Part shown: positions 26,202-38,700 of the stretch, in pieces | How positions within the stretch are numbered: position 1 is the first letter of the stretch | Layout: every line of letters starts with the position of its first letter | Assembly (NCBI GenBank): GCA_964016885.1 | Contig: OZ024743.1 | Coordinates: 367,412,001-367,476,000, forward strand | DNA length: 64,000 bases | Direction of reading: 5' to 3' | Origin: Eledone cirrhosa | Lineage: Eukaryota | The notes under the pieces: model-generated | Database searches by the model: none | What the model was told of the DNA's origin: nothing | The model's input: only the letters and a program-made list of their open reading frames with translations | Position numbers and translations under genes: made by a program

Positions 26202-28174
26202 TTACTTACCTCCCGGGGTCTTGTGAAGGTTGGGTGGTTCGACCTCCATGGTTGGTGGGGTTTCTTTTGGGAACCCCTTTAAAAGTCTCGATGTGGCTTT
26301 CACATTCGGGGTTCCCATGTCCTGAGGAAAGCTCTCTCGAATTTCTTTGTAGGAATCGAGCGACATTCGCACCAGAAACAAATCTTCTGGCACGCAAAAT
26401 GTGCTCAATTCAAAGATCTTCCCCTCTGTTTGACTGTCCTCGCTTCGCGCTAAGAGGGCCATCAATTTATTGTTGGCCCTTCTGACAAGCACAAAGTTTT
26501 TTAATGTTTTGTTGGTGTGGTCTTATTGGTTTTCGTTTTGGTGACTTTGGTGGTGATGGTTTTGATGGTGTTGTTTTGGGTATGTCTGTGTTTGTTGTAG
26601 ATGTGGTGTCTGCAATTTCAGGTGTCTGTGTGTTTATTTGTTCTTGTGTTTGTTTAGGTTGTTTGCGTTTAGGGAATTATGAGGGTTGTGTTGATGTTGA
26701 TGTTATTGGGGAAGTGTTTGTGTTAGTGGTGTCTGTATTTTTTGTTGTGTATGTTTGTGTTTTGTGGGGGCTTTTTTTTGCTGAATTTTCTCTTTTGTTT
26801 TTTGGCACTTTTGGGTATTCCTTCATCTTCACTACTGGAAGACAAAGGGTCTGTGGCTGTGAGTGTATCTGTGTCTGTGTGTGCATTTATGGTTTTGTTC
26901 ATGTGTATAATAATGGGAGAGCTTTCCTCGTTTTCTGCTTGGGTTGTTTTCAGTGGTGGTGGTCTGGCTGTTTTTGATGTTGCCTGTGTCATTGTTGGTG
27001 TTGTTGTTGGTGTTGGTGGTGCAGCTCTCTGTGTTGACACTGGTGTTGGCAGCAAAGGAGGTTTGCGACCCCCTGCATTTTTGAGGTGAGGCTTGCAGAT
27101 GCGTTGCTTCCCTGCAGATGAAGCAGTGTGGCCTTCTTCCCTCAGTGATTAATTGAATCGTTGTCCCATCCTGCAGGCGGGCAAAATCCGAGATGTTGTT
27201 GAGGTCCTCTGGTTTCATTTGGAGAAGAATCTCAAAATCCATTCCGGACCAGTTCTCTCTCTCTCTGTCGTTTTGATATCTAGGAGGGTAGTGTCTGTTC
27301 TCTCCTCGATTACGCATCCCAGGAGCCACCATATGTTAATTCCTGGTGGGATCCTTGGAATGCGGACCTTTACTGTCCTTTTGCCCATGTAGGACGAAAG
27401 CATGATAATACGTTCCGTTCTGCAGGGGGTCACAGAGTGCTTAATAGCAAGGGCCTTGGTTTTGAACAGTACCGAGATGGTACCGAACTGCTTGGCCCTT
27501 GCTTTGTACTCGATGTCACTCCCGATGCACTTCAAAGCAGCCTCGACTTCTGCCTGGCTGGCGAGTTACACTTGCATGTCTGCACTGAAATGCATCAAAA
27601 GTACACCGTCCTCCTTTGCATGGCTGCTATTGCCTCGTCCGGGATGGTTAGGTTGACCCAGGACTTCTCTCGTTTAATTAACCTCCACACCTGGGTCAAC
27701 TGTTGTTCCTTATCGCTGATATCTACGTTGACGAAGCGCTTTGTTTTCGCTGCGGCCGCTGCAAATATTGCGCCTTCGTTGAACTTGTTGCTTTCATTGT
27801 TGTTCTTGTTGTTGGTGTTGTCATTCTTGCTGTTGTTGTTGGTGTTGTTGTTCTTGTTCTTTTGTTTGTTGTTGCTACCGTTATTAGTGTTTATATTGAG
27901 GCTGTTGGTGTTATTGTCGTTGTTTTTCTTGGTTGTTGTTGTTGTGGTAGTGGTGGAGGTGGTGATGTCGGTTGGAAGTGATACAGTGTTGTTAACCGCT
28001 CCCTTCTGTGATAGTAGCAGCAGTGATGGTAATTCTTGTTTTTTTTTTACATTCAGTGGAGTTGACAACAGACTTGTCTGTAGTAGTGATAGTCGTAGTG
28101 GTGGGAGCTATAGTGGCTGTTTTTGACCCTTTGACCTGTACGTTGTTTACTGTTTCAAGATCGCAAATTTCCAT
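26202..28174 (-). pseudogene. Tx1-like ORF1 (Thr/Asn-rich N-terminus, CCHC knuckle), frameshifted
   Basis: Fragments chain across frames: MEICDLET.., SYMGKRTVKVRIPRIPP, EGRRPHCFICREATHLQAS, ..KTPGGK*. Confidence 0.75.
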
Positions 28175-28390
28175 ATTTTTGGGGGGAGCGATTTTTTCTA
28201 AGCTTTCAAGAAGAAATCGGAATATTCAGGTTTAAAGCCCGAATATTGAAAGGTCTCCTCTCCTTGGAACCAAGGTGGGCCGCTTATGCTTCGTTAACGA
28301 CATGAAAATACAGAAATGATACTTTAAAACAGCTTAAAATTATGAACCCTTTCTCCCGCAGACTTCTAACGTCTTCACACATGTGCGTCC

Positions 28391-28412
28391 ATAATAATAA
28401 TAATAATAATAA
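28391..28412. repeat. (AAT)n microsatellite
   Basis: Seven units between the Tx1 5' end and the Helitron 3' end. Confidence 0.9.
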
Positions 28413-29321
28413 CTAGCAGTGTTACCCGGCGTTGCACGCAATGAGGTATTTTGGAAGGCGGGCTGCCAACAGACCTAATCGTGGAAAAGCTGCATGCATG
28501 GAAATATGTAAAGAAAATAAACCGAATACTCTGATGGCTGGATAATCTTTAAGATTTTCCTCAATGAAGCAGGAAAAATGCAGGTTTTCACCTAATGCGG
28601 GCTCTAGGGGATCAAGAAAATGAATTTTTTTTATGTGCATAATATGCCTTGAAATTTCGGGAAATTCAGCTAGGCGTAACGCCTCCAAAAAGCCCTAAAA
28701 AGCTGGAAAAATGAAGTTTTTCACCTAATGGGGGCCCTAGGCCATAAAAAAGTTGGATTTTCTTTACTTGCGGTATGAAGAAGAGACTGACTAATACATA
28801 GTTACAATTTCAAGGAAATCGGTCTGACGTAACGCCTCAAAAAGCCCCTAAAAAGCTGAAAAAAAAACGCAGTTTTTCACCTAATGCGGGCCCTAGGGGA
28901 TCAAAAAGTTGAATTTATGTGCATAATACTCCCTGAAACATAAGTAATACACATGTAAAGTTTGTAAAAAATCGGTTGGGTACTTCTCGAGTTTTAGGGA
29001 TTCAAACTCACACACACACCCTCAGGCAAGTGACGTAATGCAGACAGCCAGACATACAGACAGATATTATAAGGGCGCGACGTTATATGTATGTATCTAT
29101 CTAAAAAGAAAAAGACTAAGAATTATAGAGAGAGATCGCTAAATCGCCTAATGTGATCCCTAGGCCATGGAAAATTTGAAATTTCTTTTGCTCAGAACAC
29201 TCCCTGAAACATAAGTATTACATATGTAAAGTTTGAAAACAGTCGGTTGGGTGGTTCTCGAGTTTTAGAGATTCAAACTCACACACACACAGACAAAATT
29301 CCTCAGTTTTATATATATAGA
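28413..29321 (-). mobile_element. Non-autonomous Helitron with internal subrepeats
   Basis: Minus strand starts A|TCTATATATATAAAA and ends in GC-rich gcgtgcaacgccgggtaacactgCTAG|T. Subrepeats containing cctaat..ccctagg start near 28585, 28720, 28875 and 29145. Confidence 0.85.
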
Positions 29322-29326
29322 TAATA

Positions 29327-29925
29327 ATTGTTTCTACTTTTGGCATAAGGCCAGCAATTACCCAGTACATTACTGGTGCTTTATTTTATCGACCCGTAAG
29401 GATGGAAGGCAAAGTTAACCTTGGCGGGATTTGAACTCAGTCCATAAAGGGACGTAACTGTGCTGCAAAGCATGGTGTCCGACCTTCTACCGATACTCCC
29501 AATCAATAATGATAATAATGATTTCTAGTATAGGCACAAGGCCAGTAATTTGGTGGGGGAGGTAGGGGAAAGTCGATTAAATCGACTCCAGTACATTACT
29601 GGTACTTTATTTTATCGACCCCGCAAGGATGAAAGGCAAAGTTTACCTCAGCGGGATTTGAACTCAGACCGTAAAGGAACGTAACTCTATGTTGCAAAGC
29701 ATGTTTTCTGATGCCCTACCAATACTGCCAATCTACCACCTTAATAATAATAATAATAATGGTTTCTGATTTAGGCACAAGGCCAACAATTTTCGAGGGA
29801 AGGGGAAAGTTGATTAAATTGACTCCAGTGGTACTTTATTTTATTGATCCTGTAAGGATGAATGGCAAAGCTAACCAAGGCAAAATTTGAACTCAGAATG
29901 ATGTAACAATATGCTGCAAAGCATG
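29327..29925 (-). mobile_element. Three tandem tRNA-derived SINEs (~29327-29505, ~29520-29742, ~29761-29925) separated by (AAT)n
   Basis: Each has the tail tttcta..ggca.aaggcca, the core aaggatg.a.ggcaaag and the reverse B box atttgaactcag; divergence rises rightward. Confidence 0.88.
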
Positions 29926-29949
29926 TTGATGATGAGGATAATGTTGTTA

Positions 29950-31360
29950 ATTTCTATATTGGCCACTAGAGCCAAAACATTAAGAACAATACAAATAAAC
30001 AGGGATAATGAGGATTTACATAAAACTAATAAACAGAAAAATACAGGTAGGAAAGTAGCAATAAATTGATAACAACAACATTCCCTAATAAGGTGTAATT
30101 AAGGAACCCCACAGATCAGCCCAATCATCAAAGGTATCAAAGACAAGTGCCCTTCTCTTCTCTCCAGCCAACAAGTGCATGTGTAGGTCCATTAAATGAG
30201 GCCAGTGTCACTACATTCACCCACCTTTTAACACATATATTAAGGGGGCAGTTCTTCTCTCCCCACCCTCATCTTCCTTTGTAAGTGGAAGTTGAAAAAG
30301 TTGATAAAGGCTTGGTTGAAGAGGAAAGTGTTTTTATTCAGTCCCTGTCCACCACACAATTTTTTTTTGCCATAGTTACTAGACAGAGGAAAACTGCCTG
30401 CTTTTCCTGGCTAAATGAAGGTGGCAGGGTGATCTTCACAATGGAGTCTGCTAATAGCCAGATCTGGATGTGTATATGGATTGCTGACATTTGAACTTTT
30501 GTAAAACAGCTGTTGTCAAACAGTGGTGTCATCACCTGTGGAGTTTGGAGTTTGTTCCAAACTGTCAGTACTCCCTAATTACACTGCCATGCCAGGGATT
30601 TTGGCAAATTATCCACAGTCCCTGAGCCAAAAATCCTTTGGAACAGTCCCTCCCTGATCATGTGCCTCAGCTCTGACAATGCAGCTCTCATGTTTTGCAT
30701 TGTTGAAATGATTTAGGGTTATTCTCACAGCTAGTACATTATTTGTGTTGCCACTCCTAATCACCTCTTCTAGATTAACTACTAACTTACCCTCTATTCT
30801 ATTTCTTCCTATTGCTACCTCTTTGCTAAAAGTTATTGATTCTAAACTAATCTCTTTCTTGAGAACACACCACCACCTATTGTTGATGACTGTCCCTGTC
30901 AACTGGCACTTTACTAATTTGCTAATGCAGTACCTGTAGGCTTTATGTGACATTTAAACTTTCAGTAACCAGGTTCCTGTCTATGTCAATCAGGCAGATG
31001 ACAAATTTGTGGTCTGAATATGCACCCATTTATGATTGTGGAGGCCCTTCAGCGTTTCTGTCTACTAACTCAATAAAAACCTATCTAGATACGATCTAAA
31101 TGACCTTATGTGACTATGTGGTTGCTTCATGTCCACACTGGTGCATTCGGGAAATCTAGTTGGTACCTGTCATACAGTTGAATCTGTCTGATTAGGGTTT
31201 TGAATCTTTTGCACCCTCTTCTTTGATCAGCTCCTCCGACCCAATCCCTTTGTGCATCTAAGATGCCATTCCAGGCTCCCACTAACAGTAAAGTGTATGC
31301 ATTTCAAGACAGGCTTCCAGATGTCCGAAGAAATCCATCTGTCCTTCCGCAGTAAAGACA
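29950..31360 (-). mobile_element. Internally deleted Tx1-clade LINE related to the 23670-28390 element
   Basis: 30660-31350 parallels 25130-25840 (NNRWWCVLKKEI, KHESCIVRA), then jumps to a C-terminal fragment (AVFLCLVTMAK) and a 3' end. Confidence 0.8.
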
Positions 31361-31539
31361 GAACTAGAAATCATGTGGTTGTGAAATGAACTCCTTAACC
31401 ATTTTGTGCGTAAGTAGGATATATAGTTTTGGCCACCAGTGAAAAATCCATTCAGTGGTATGACAAACTCCTATGTAGCTTTACTATGTCAGTTAACTAA
31501 GAACTGTAACTAACTAGATAAGAATTTAGTTGTTATTGC

Positions 31540-31740
31540 TTTTGTTGTTGTTATTGAAATCCATGTCAGCCCTTGATTGAGTAGTAATCACGATAAAAAA
31601 AATCTTCAAGCCTTGGACATCCTATCTTTCTTTTCAGGCACAGTATCATTTCCAATGTATCATTTTTTTAAAAGATGGCAGAGTATGGTTTGAAGGAGAT
31701 TTAACTGCCATTTCTAACAAGTAAAATGACCATATAAAGG
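31540..31740 (-). mobile_element. SINE-like repeat (second family)
   Basis: Similar to 22205-22420; (TTG)n at its left edge. Confidence 0.55.
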
Positions 31741-32704
31741 TTAGGTTTTTAGTTATTTTTGTCTTGATTTTCCAGTATGGTATATCTAAAAGATTTTATC
31801 TGAATGAATACCACAGTACAATGCATGAAATAGTTACTGAAAACGTCCCATAATATTGGAATTAACTACTGTTAGTATTGTATGTGTTGTCAGAGAGAGA
31901 AAATAAGTTGGAATATAAGTGGAACCAACTTATTGATAAATACAACTGCATATTTTAAACTTTTATTAGATCAGGTACAGTACAGTTGGTCCAGCAAGCA
32001 TTTTTGACTTTTTCATTATTATATTTCTAATGAAATACATTGCTTATGTGTTTCAAATAATTTTGAAACCAAACAAGAATTTAGAGGGATGTAGTAAAAT
32101 AACCAACTTTCTCATTATTAAACTGGTGTTTGAAACAGAACTTGAAAATTGTTCTTACATAAAATTATGGTGGAAGGTTTTTAAACACATCTCTAAACAT
32201 TTTGAAATAGAAAGGTTAGTATCATAGAACCAGGGCCAGTTTCAGGCCAGTTTCAAAAAGCTTAATGTACATTTTTAGGCGAGCTGATATTCTGTTAGAT
32301 GTAGATTTCTTTGCATAATTGACTGGCATAAAATATGTGAATAGAATAATGAGGATTGTGATGATATTCATACAAACTTAATACAAGTTTATTTTAAAAT
32401 ATCATTTCCTTTAAATATGAAAAATATATAGGACAGTCAATTTTAATGTTAATTCAGGTGAAAAAGTATGAGAAACCATTTTCAAGATTTCTCCAGCAGG
32501 AATATAATTTAGAATATTATTTTCATATTTTTGATTTAACACTTTAAGCAAAACATTGATTATAGTTTATGCAATTAAAGATAGGGACCATGGATGAATA
32601 GAAACAAATTTTCTAAAACAGAATAATGTAATCTAGGCATTTCTAGATAAATACCATCCAATAGAACAGACAGATGGCAATTGACATATACCATTAGTCT
32701 AAAT

Positions 32705-35700
32705 ACATATACAGTCGTACAGTAATTGGACTAATGTCATATATAGTCTGGCAGTAATGGGACTAATGTCAGATATACAGTCTGGCAGTAATGGGACTAA
32801 TGTCATATATAGTCTGGCAGTAATGGGACTAATGTCATATATACAGTCTGGCAGTAATTGGACTAATGTCATATATACAGTCTGGCAGTAATGGGACTAA
32901 TGTCATATATACAGTCTGGCAGTAATGGGACTAATGTCATATATACAGTCTGACAGTAATTGGACTAATGTCATATATACAGTCTGACAGTAATTGGACT
33001 AATGTCATATATACAGTCGTACAGTAATTGGACTAATGTCATATATAGTCTGGCAGTAATGGGACTAATGTCATACATACAGTCTGGCAGTAATTGGACT
33101 AATGTCATATATAAGAGTCTGACAGTAATGGGACTAATGTCATATATACAGTCTGACAGTAATTGGACTAATGTCATATATACAGTCTGGCAGTAATGGG
33201 ACTAATGTCATATATACAGTCTGACAGTAATTGGACTAATGTCATATATACAGTCTGGCAGTAATGGGACTAATGTCATATATACAGTCTGGCAGTAATG
33301 GGACTAATGTCATATATACAGTCTGACAGTAATTGGACTAATGTCATATATACAGTCTGGCAGTAATGGGACTAATGTCATATATACGGTCTGGCAGTAA
33401 TGGGACTAATGTCATATATACAGTCTGACAGTAATTGGACTAATGTCATATATACAGTTTGACAGTAATTGGACTAATGTCATATATACAGTCTGGCAGT
33501 AATGGGACTAATGTCATATATACAGTCTGACAGTAATGGGACTAATGTCATATATACAGTCTGACAGTAATTGGACTAATGTCATATATACAGTCTGGCA
33601 GTAATGGGACTAATGTCATATATACAGTCTGACAGTAATTAGACTAATGTCATATATAGTCTGGCAGTAATGGGACTAATGTCATATATACAGTCTGGCA
33701 ATAATTGGACTAATGTCATATACAGTCTGACAGTAATTGGACTAATGTCATATATAGTCTGGCAGTAATGGGACTAATGTCATACATACAGTCTGACAGT
33801 AATTGGACTAATGTCATATATACAGTCTGACAGTAATTGGACTAATGTCATATATACAGTCTGGCAGTAATGGGACTAATGTCATATATACAGTCTGGCA
33901 ATAATTGGACTAATGTCATATATACAGTCTGACAGTAATTGGACTAATGTCATATATACAGTCTGGCAGTAATGGGACTAATGTCATACATACAGTCTGG
34001 CTATAATTGGACTAATGTCATATATACAGTCTGGCAGTAATTGGACTAATGTCATACATACAGTCTGGCAGTAATTGGACTAATGTCATATATACAGTCT
34101 GGCAGTAATGGGACTAATGTCATATATACAGTCTGACAGTAATTGGACTAATGTCACATATAGTCGTACAGTAATTGGACTAATGTCATACATACAGTCT
34201 GGCAATAATTGGACTAATGTCATATATACAGTCTGGCAGTAATGGGACTAATGTCATATATACAGTCTGGCAGTAATGGGACTAATGTCATACATACAGT
34301 CTGGCAATAATTGGACTAATGTCATATATACAGTCTGACAGTAATTAGACTAATGTCATATATTTAGTCTGACAGTAATTGGACTAATGTCATATATACA
34401 GTCTGACAGTAATTGGATTAATGTCATATATATAGTCTGACAGTAATTGAACTAATGTCATATATATAGTCTGAAAGTAATTGGATTAATGTCATATATT
34501 TAGTCTTACAACAATTGGACTAATGTCATAAATTTAGTCTGACAGTAATTGGACTAATGTCATATATACAGTCTGGCAGTAATGGGACTAATGTCATATA
34601 TATAGTCTGGCAGTAATTGGACTAATGTCATATATACAGTCTGGCAGTAATGGGACTAATGTCATATATACAGTCTGACAGTAATTGGACTAATGTCATA
34701 TATACAGTCTGGCAGTAATGGGACTAATGTCATATATACAGTCTGGCAGCAATTGGACTAATGTCATATATACAGTCTGACAGTAATTGGACTAATGTCA
34801 TATATACAGTCTGGCAGTAATTGGACTAATGTCATATATACAGTCTGACAGTAATTGGACTAATGTCATATATATAGTCGGACAGTAATTGGACTAATGT
34901 CATATATACAGTCTGGCAGTAATGGGACTAATGTCATATATACAGTCTGACAGTAATTGGACTAATGTCATATATATAGTCGGACAGTAATTGGACTAAT
35001 GTCATATATACAGTCTGGCAGTAATGGGACTAATGTCATATATACAGTCTGGCAGTAATTGGACTAATGTCATAAATTTAGTCTGACAGTAATTGGACTA
35101 ATGTCATATATACAGTCTGACAGTAATTGGACTAATATCATATATACAGTCTGGCAGTAATTGGACTAATGTCATAAATTTAGTCTGACAGTAATTGGAC
35201 TAAAGTCATATATACAGTCTGACAGTAATTGGACTAATGTCATATATACAGTCTGGCAGTAATGGGACTAATGTCATATATACAGTCTGGCAGTAATGGG
35301 ACTAATGTCATATATACAGTCTGGCAGTAATTGGACTAATGTCATAAATTTAGTCTGACAGTAATTGGACTAATGTCATATATACAGTCTGACAGTAATT
35401 GGACTAATGTCATATATACAGTCTGGCAGTAATGGGACTAATGTCATATATACAGTCTGACAGTAATTAGACTAATGTCATATATAGTCTGGCAGTAATG
35501 GGACTAATGTCATATATACAGTCTGGCAATAATTGGACTAATGTCATATACAGTCTGACAGTAATTGGACTAATGTCATATATAGTCTGGCAGTAATGGG
35601 ACTAATGTCATACATACAGTCTGACAGTAATTGGACTAATGTCATATATACAGTCTGACAGTAATTGGACTAATGTCATATATACAGTCTGGCAGTAATG

Positions 35701-38700
35701 GGACTAATGTCATATATACAGTCTGGCAATAATTGGACTAATGTCATATATACAGTCTGGCAATAATTGGACTAATGTCATACATACAGTCTGGCAGTAA
35801 TTGGACTAATGTCATATATACAGTCTGGCAGTAATGGGACTAATGTCATACATACAGTCTGGCAATAATTGGACTAATGTCATATATACAGTCTGGCAGT
35901 AATGGGACTAATGTCATATATACAGTCTGGCAGTAATGGGACTAATGTCATACATACAGTCTGGCAATAATTGGACTAATGTCATATATACAGTCTGACA
36001 GTAATTAGACTAATGTCATATATTTAGTCTGACAGTAATTGGACTAATGTCATATATACAGTCTGACAGTAATTGGATTAATGTCATATATATAGTCTGA
36101 CAGTAATTGAACTAATGTCATATATATAGTCTGAAAGTAATTGGATTAATGTCATATATTTAGTCTTACAACAATTGGACTAATGTCATAAATTTAGTCT
36201 GACAGTAATTGGACTAATGTCATATATACAGTCTGGCAATAATTGGACTAATGTCATATATACAGTCTGACAGTAATGGGACTAATGTCATATATATAGT
36301 CTGGCAGTAATTGGACTAATGTCATATATACAGTCTGGCAGTAATGGGACTAATGTCATATATACAGTCTGACAGTAATTGGACTAATGTCATATATACA
36401 GTCTGGCAGTAATGGGACTAATGTCATATATACAGTCTGACAGTAATGGGACTAATGTCATATATACAGTCTGGCAGTAATGGGACTAATGTCATATATA
36501 CAGTCTGACAGTAATTGGACTAATGTCATATATACAGTCTGGCAGTAATGGGACTAATGTCATATATACAGTCTGGCAGCAATTGGACTAATGTCATATA
36601 TACAGTCTGACAGTAATTGGACTAATGTCATATATACAATCTGGCAGTAATTGGACTAATGTCATATATACAGTCTGACAGTAATTGGACTAATGTCATA
36701 TATATAGTCGGACAGTAATTGGACTAATGTCATATATACAGTCTGGCAGTAATGGGACTAATGTCATATATACAGTCTGACAGTAATTGGACTAATGTCA
36801 TATATATAGTCGGACAGTAATTGGACTAATGTCATATATACAGTCTGGCAGTAATGGGACTAATGTCATATATACAGTCTGGCAGTAATTGGACTAATGT
36901 CATAAATTTAGTCTGACAGTAATTGGACTAATGTCATATATATAGTCTGACAGTAATTGGACTAATGTCATATATACAGTCTGACAGTAATTGGACTAAT
37001 ATCATATATACAGTCTGGCAGTAATTGGAGTAATGTCATAAATTTAGTCTGACAGTAATTGGACTAAAGTCATATATACAGTCTGACAGTAATTGGACTA
37101 ATGTCATATATACAGTCTGGCAGTAATGGGACTAATGTCATATATACAGTCTGGCAGTAATGGGACTAATGTCATATATACAGTCTGGCAGTAATTGGAC
37201 TAATGTCATAAATTTAGTCTGACAGTAATTGGACTAATGTCATATATACAGTCTGACAGTAATTGGACTAATGTCATAAATTTAGTCTGACAGTAATTGG
37301 ACTAATGTCATATATACAGTCTGACAGTAATTGGACTAATGTCATATATACAGTCTGGCAGTAATGGGATTAATGTCATATATACAGTCTGGCAGTAATG
37401 GGACTAATGTCATATATACAGTCTGGCAGCAATTGGACTAATGTCATAAATTTAGTCTGACAGTAATTGGACTAATGTCATATATACAGTCTGGCAGCAA
37501 TTGGACTAATGTCATAAATTTAGTCTGAGAGTAATTGGACTAATGTCATATATACAGTCTGGCAGCAATTGGACTAATGTCATAAATTTAGTCTGACAGT
37601 AATGGAACTAATGTCATATATACAGTCTGGCAGTAATTGGACTAATGTCATATATACAGTCTGACAGTAATTGGACTAATGTCATATATACAGTCTGGCA
37701 GCAATTGGACTAATGTCATAAATCTAGTCTGACAGTAATTGGACTAATGTCATATATACAGTCTGGCAGTAATGGGACTAATGTCATATATACAGTCTGA
37801 CAGTAATTGGACTAATGTCATATATACAGTCTGGCAGTAATTGGACTAATGTCATAAATTTAGTCTGACAGTAATTGGACTAATGTCATATATATAGTCT
37901 GACAGTAATTGGACTAATGTCATATATACAGTCTGGCAGTAATTGGACTAATGTCATAAATTTAGTCTGACAGTAATTGGACTAATGTCATATATACAGT
38001 CTGACAGTAATTGGACTAATGTCATATATACAGTCTGGCAGTAATGGGACTAATGTCATATATACAGTCTGGCAGTAATGGGACTAATGTCATATATACA
38101 GTCTCGCAGTAATGGGACTAATGTCATATATACAGTCTGGCAGTAATTGGACTAATATCATATATACAGTCTGGCAGAAATTGGACTAATGTCATATATA
38201 CAGTCTGGCAGCAATTGGACTAATGTCATATATACAGTCTGACAGTAATTGGACTAATGTCATATATATAGTCTGACAGTAATGGGACTAATGTCATATA
38301 TACAGTCTGACAGTAATGGGACTAATGTCATATATATAGTCTGAAAGTAATTGGACTAAAGTCATATATACAGTCTGACAGTAATTGGACTAATGTCATA
38401 TATACAGTCTGGCAGTAATGGGACTAATGTCATATATACAGTCTGGCAGTAATGGGAGTAATGTCATATATACAGTCTGGCAGTAATTGGACTAATGTCA
38501 TAAATTTAGTCTGACAGTAATTGGACTAATGTCATATATACAGTCTGACAGCAATTGGACTAATGTCATAAATTTAGTCTGACAGTAATTGGACTAATGT
38601 CATATATACAGTCTGACAGTAATTGGACTAATGTCATATATACAGTCTGGCAGTAATGGGATTAATGTCATACATACAGTCTGGCAGTAATGGGACTAAT

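Larger units (their letters stand above)
23670..28390 (-). mobile_element. L1/Tx1-clade LINE with 5' UTR, ORF1 and ORF2; 3'-truncated and frameshifted
   Basis: Two-ORF architecture: gag-like ORF1 with zinc knuckle, then APE endonuclease and RT. The 5' end abuts (AAT)n at 28391. Confidence 0.92.

Noticed and set aside
26504-28126. Hydrophobic plus-strand ORFs resembling membrane proteins
   Set aside because: Antisense of the Thr/Asn/Lys-rich Tx1 ORF1.
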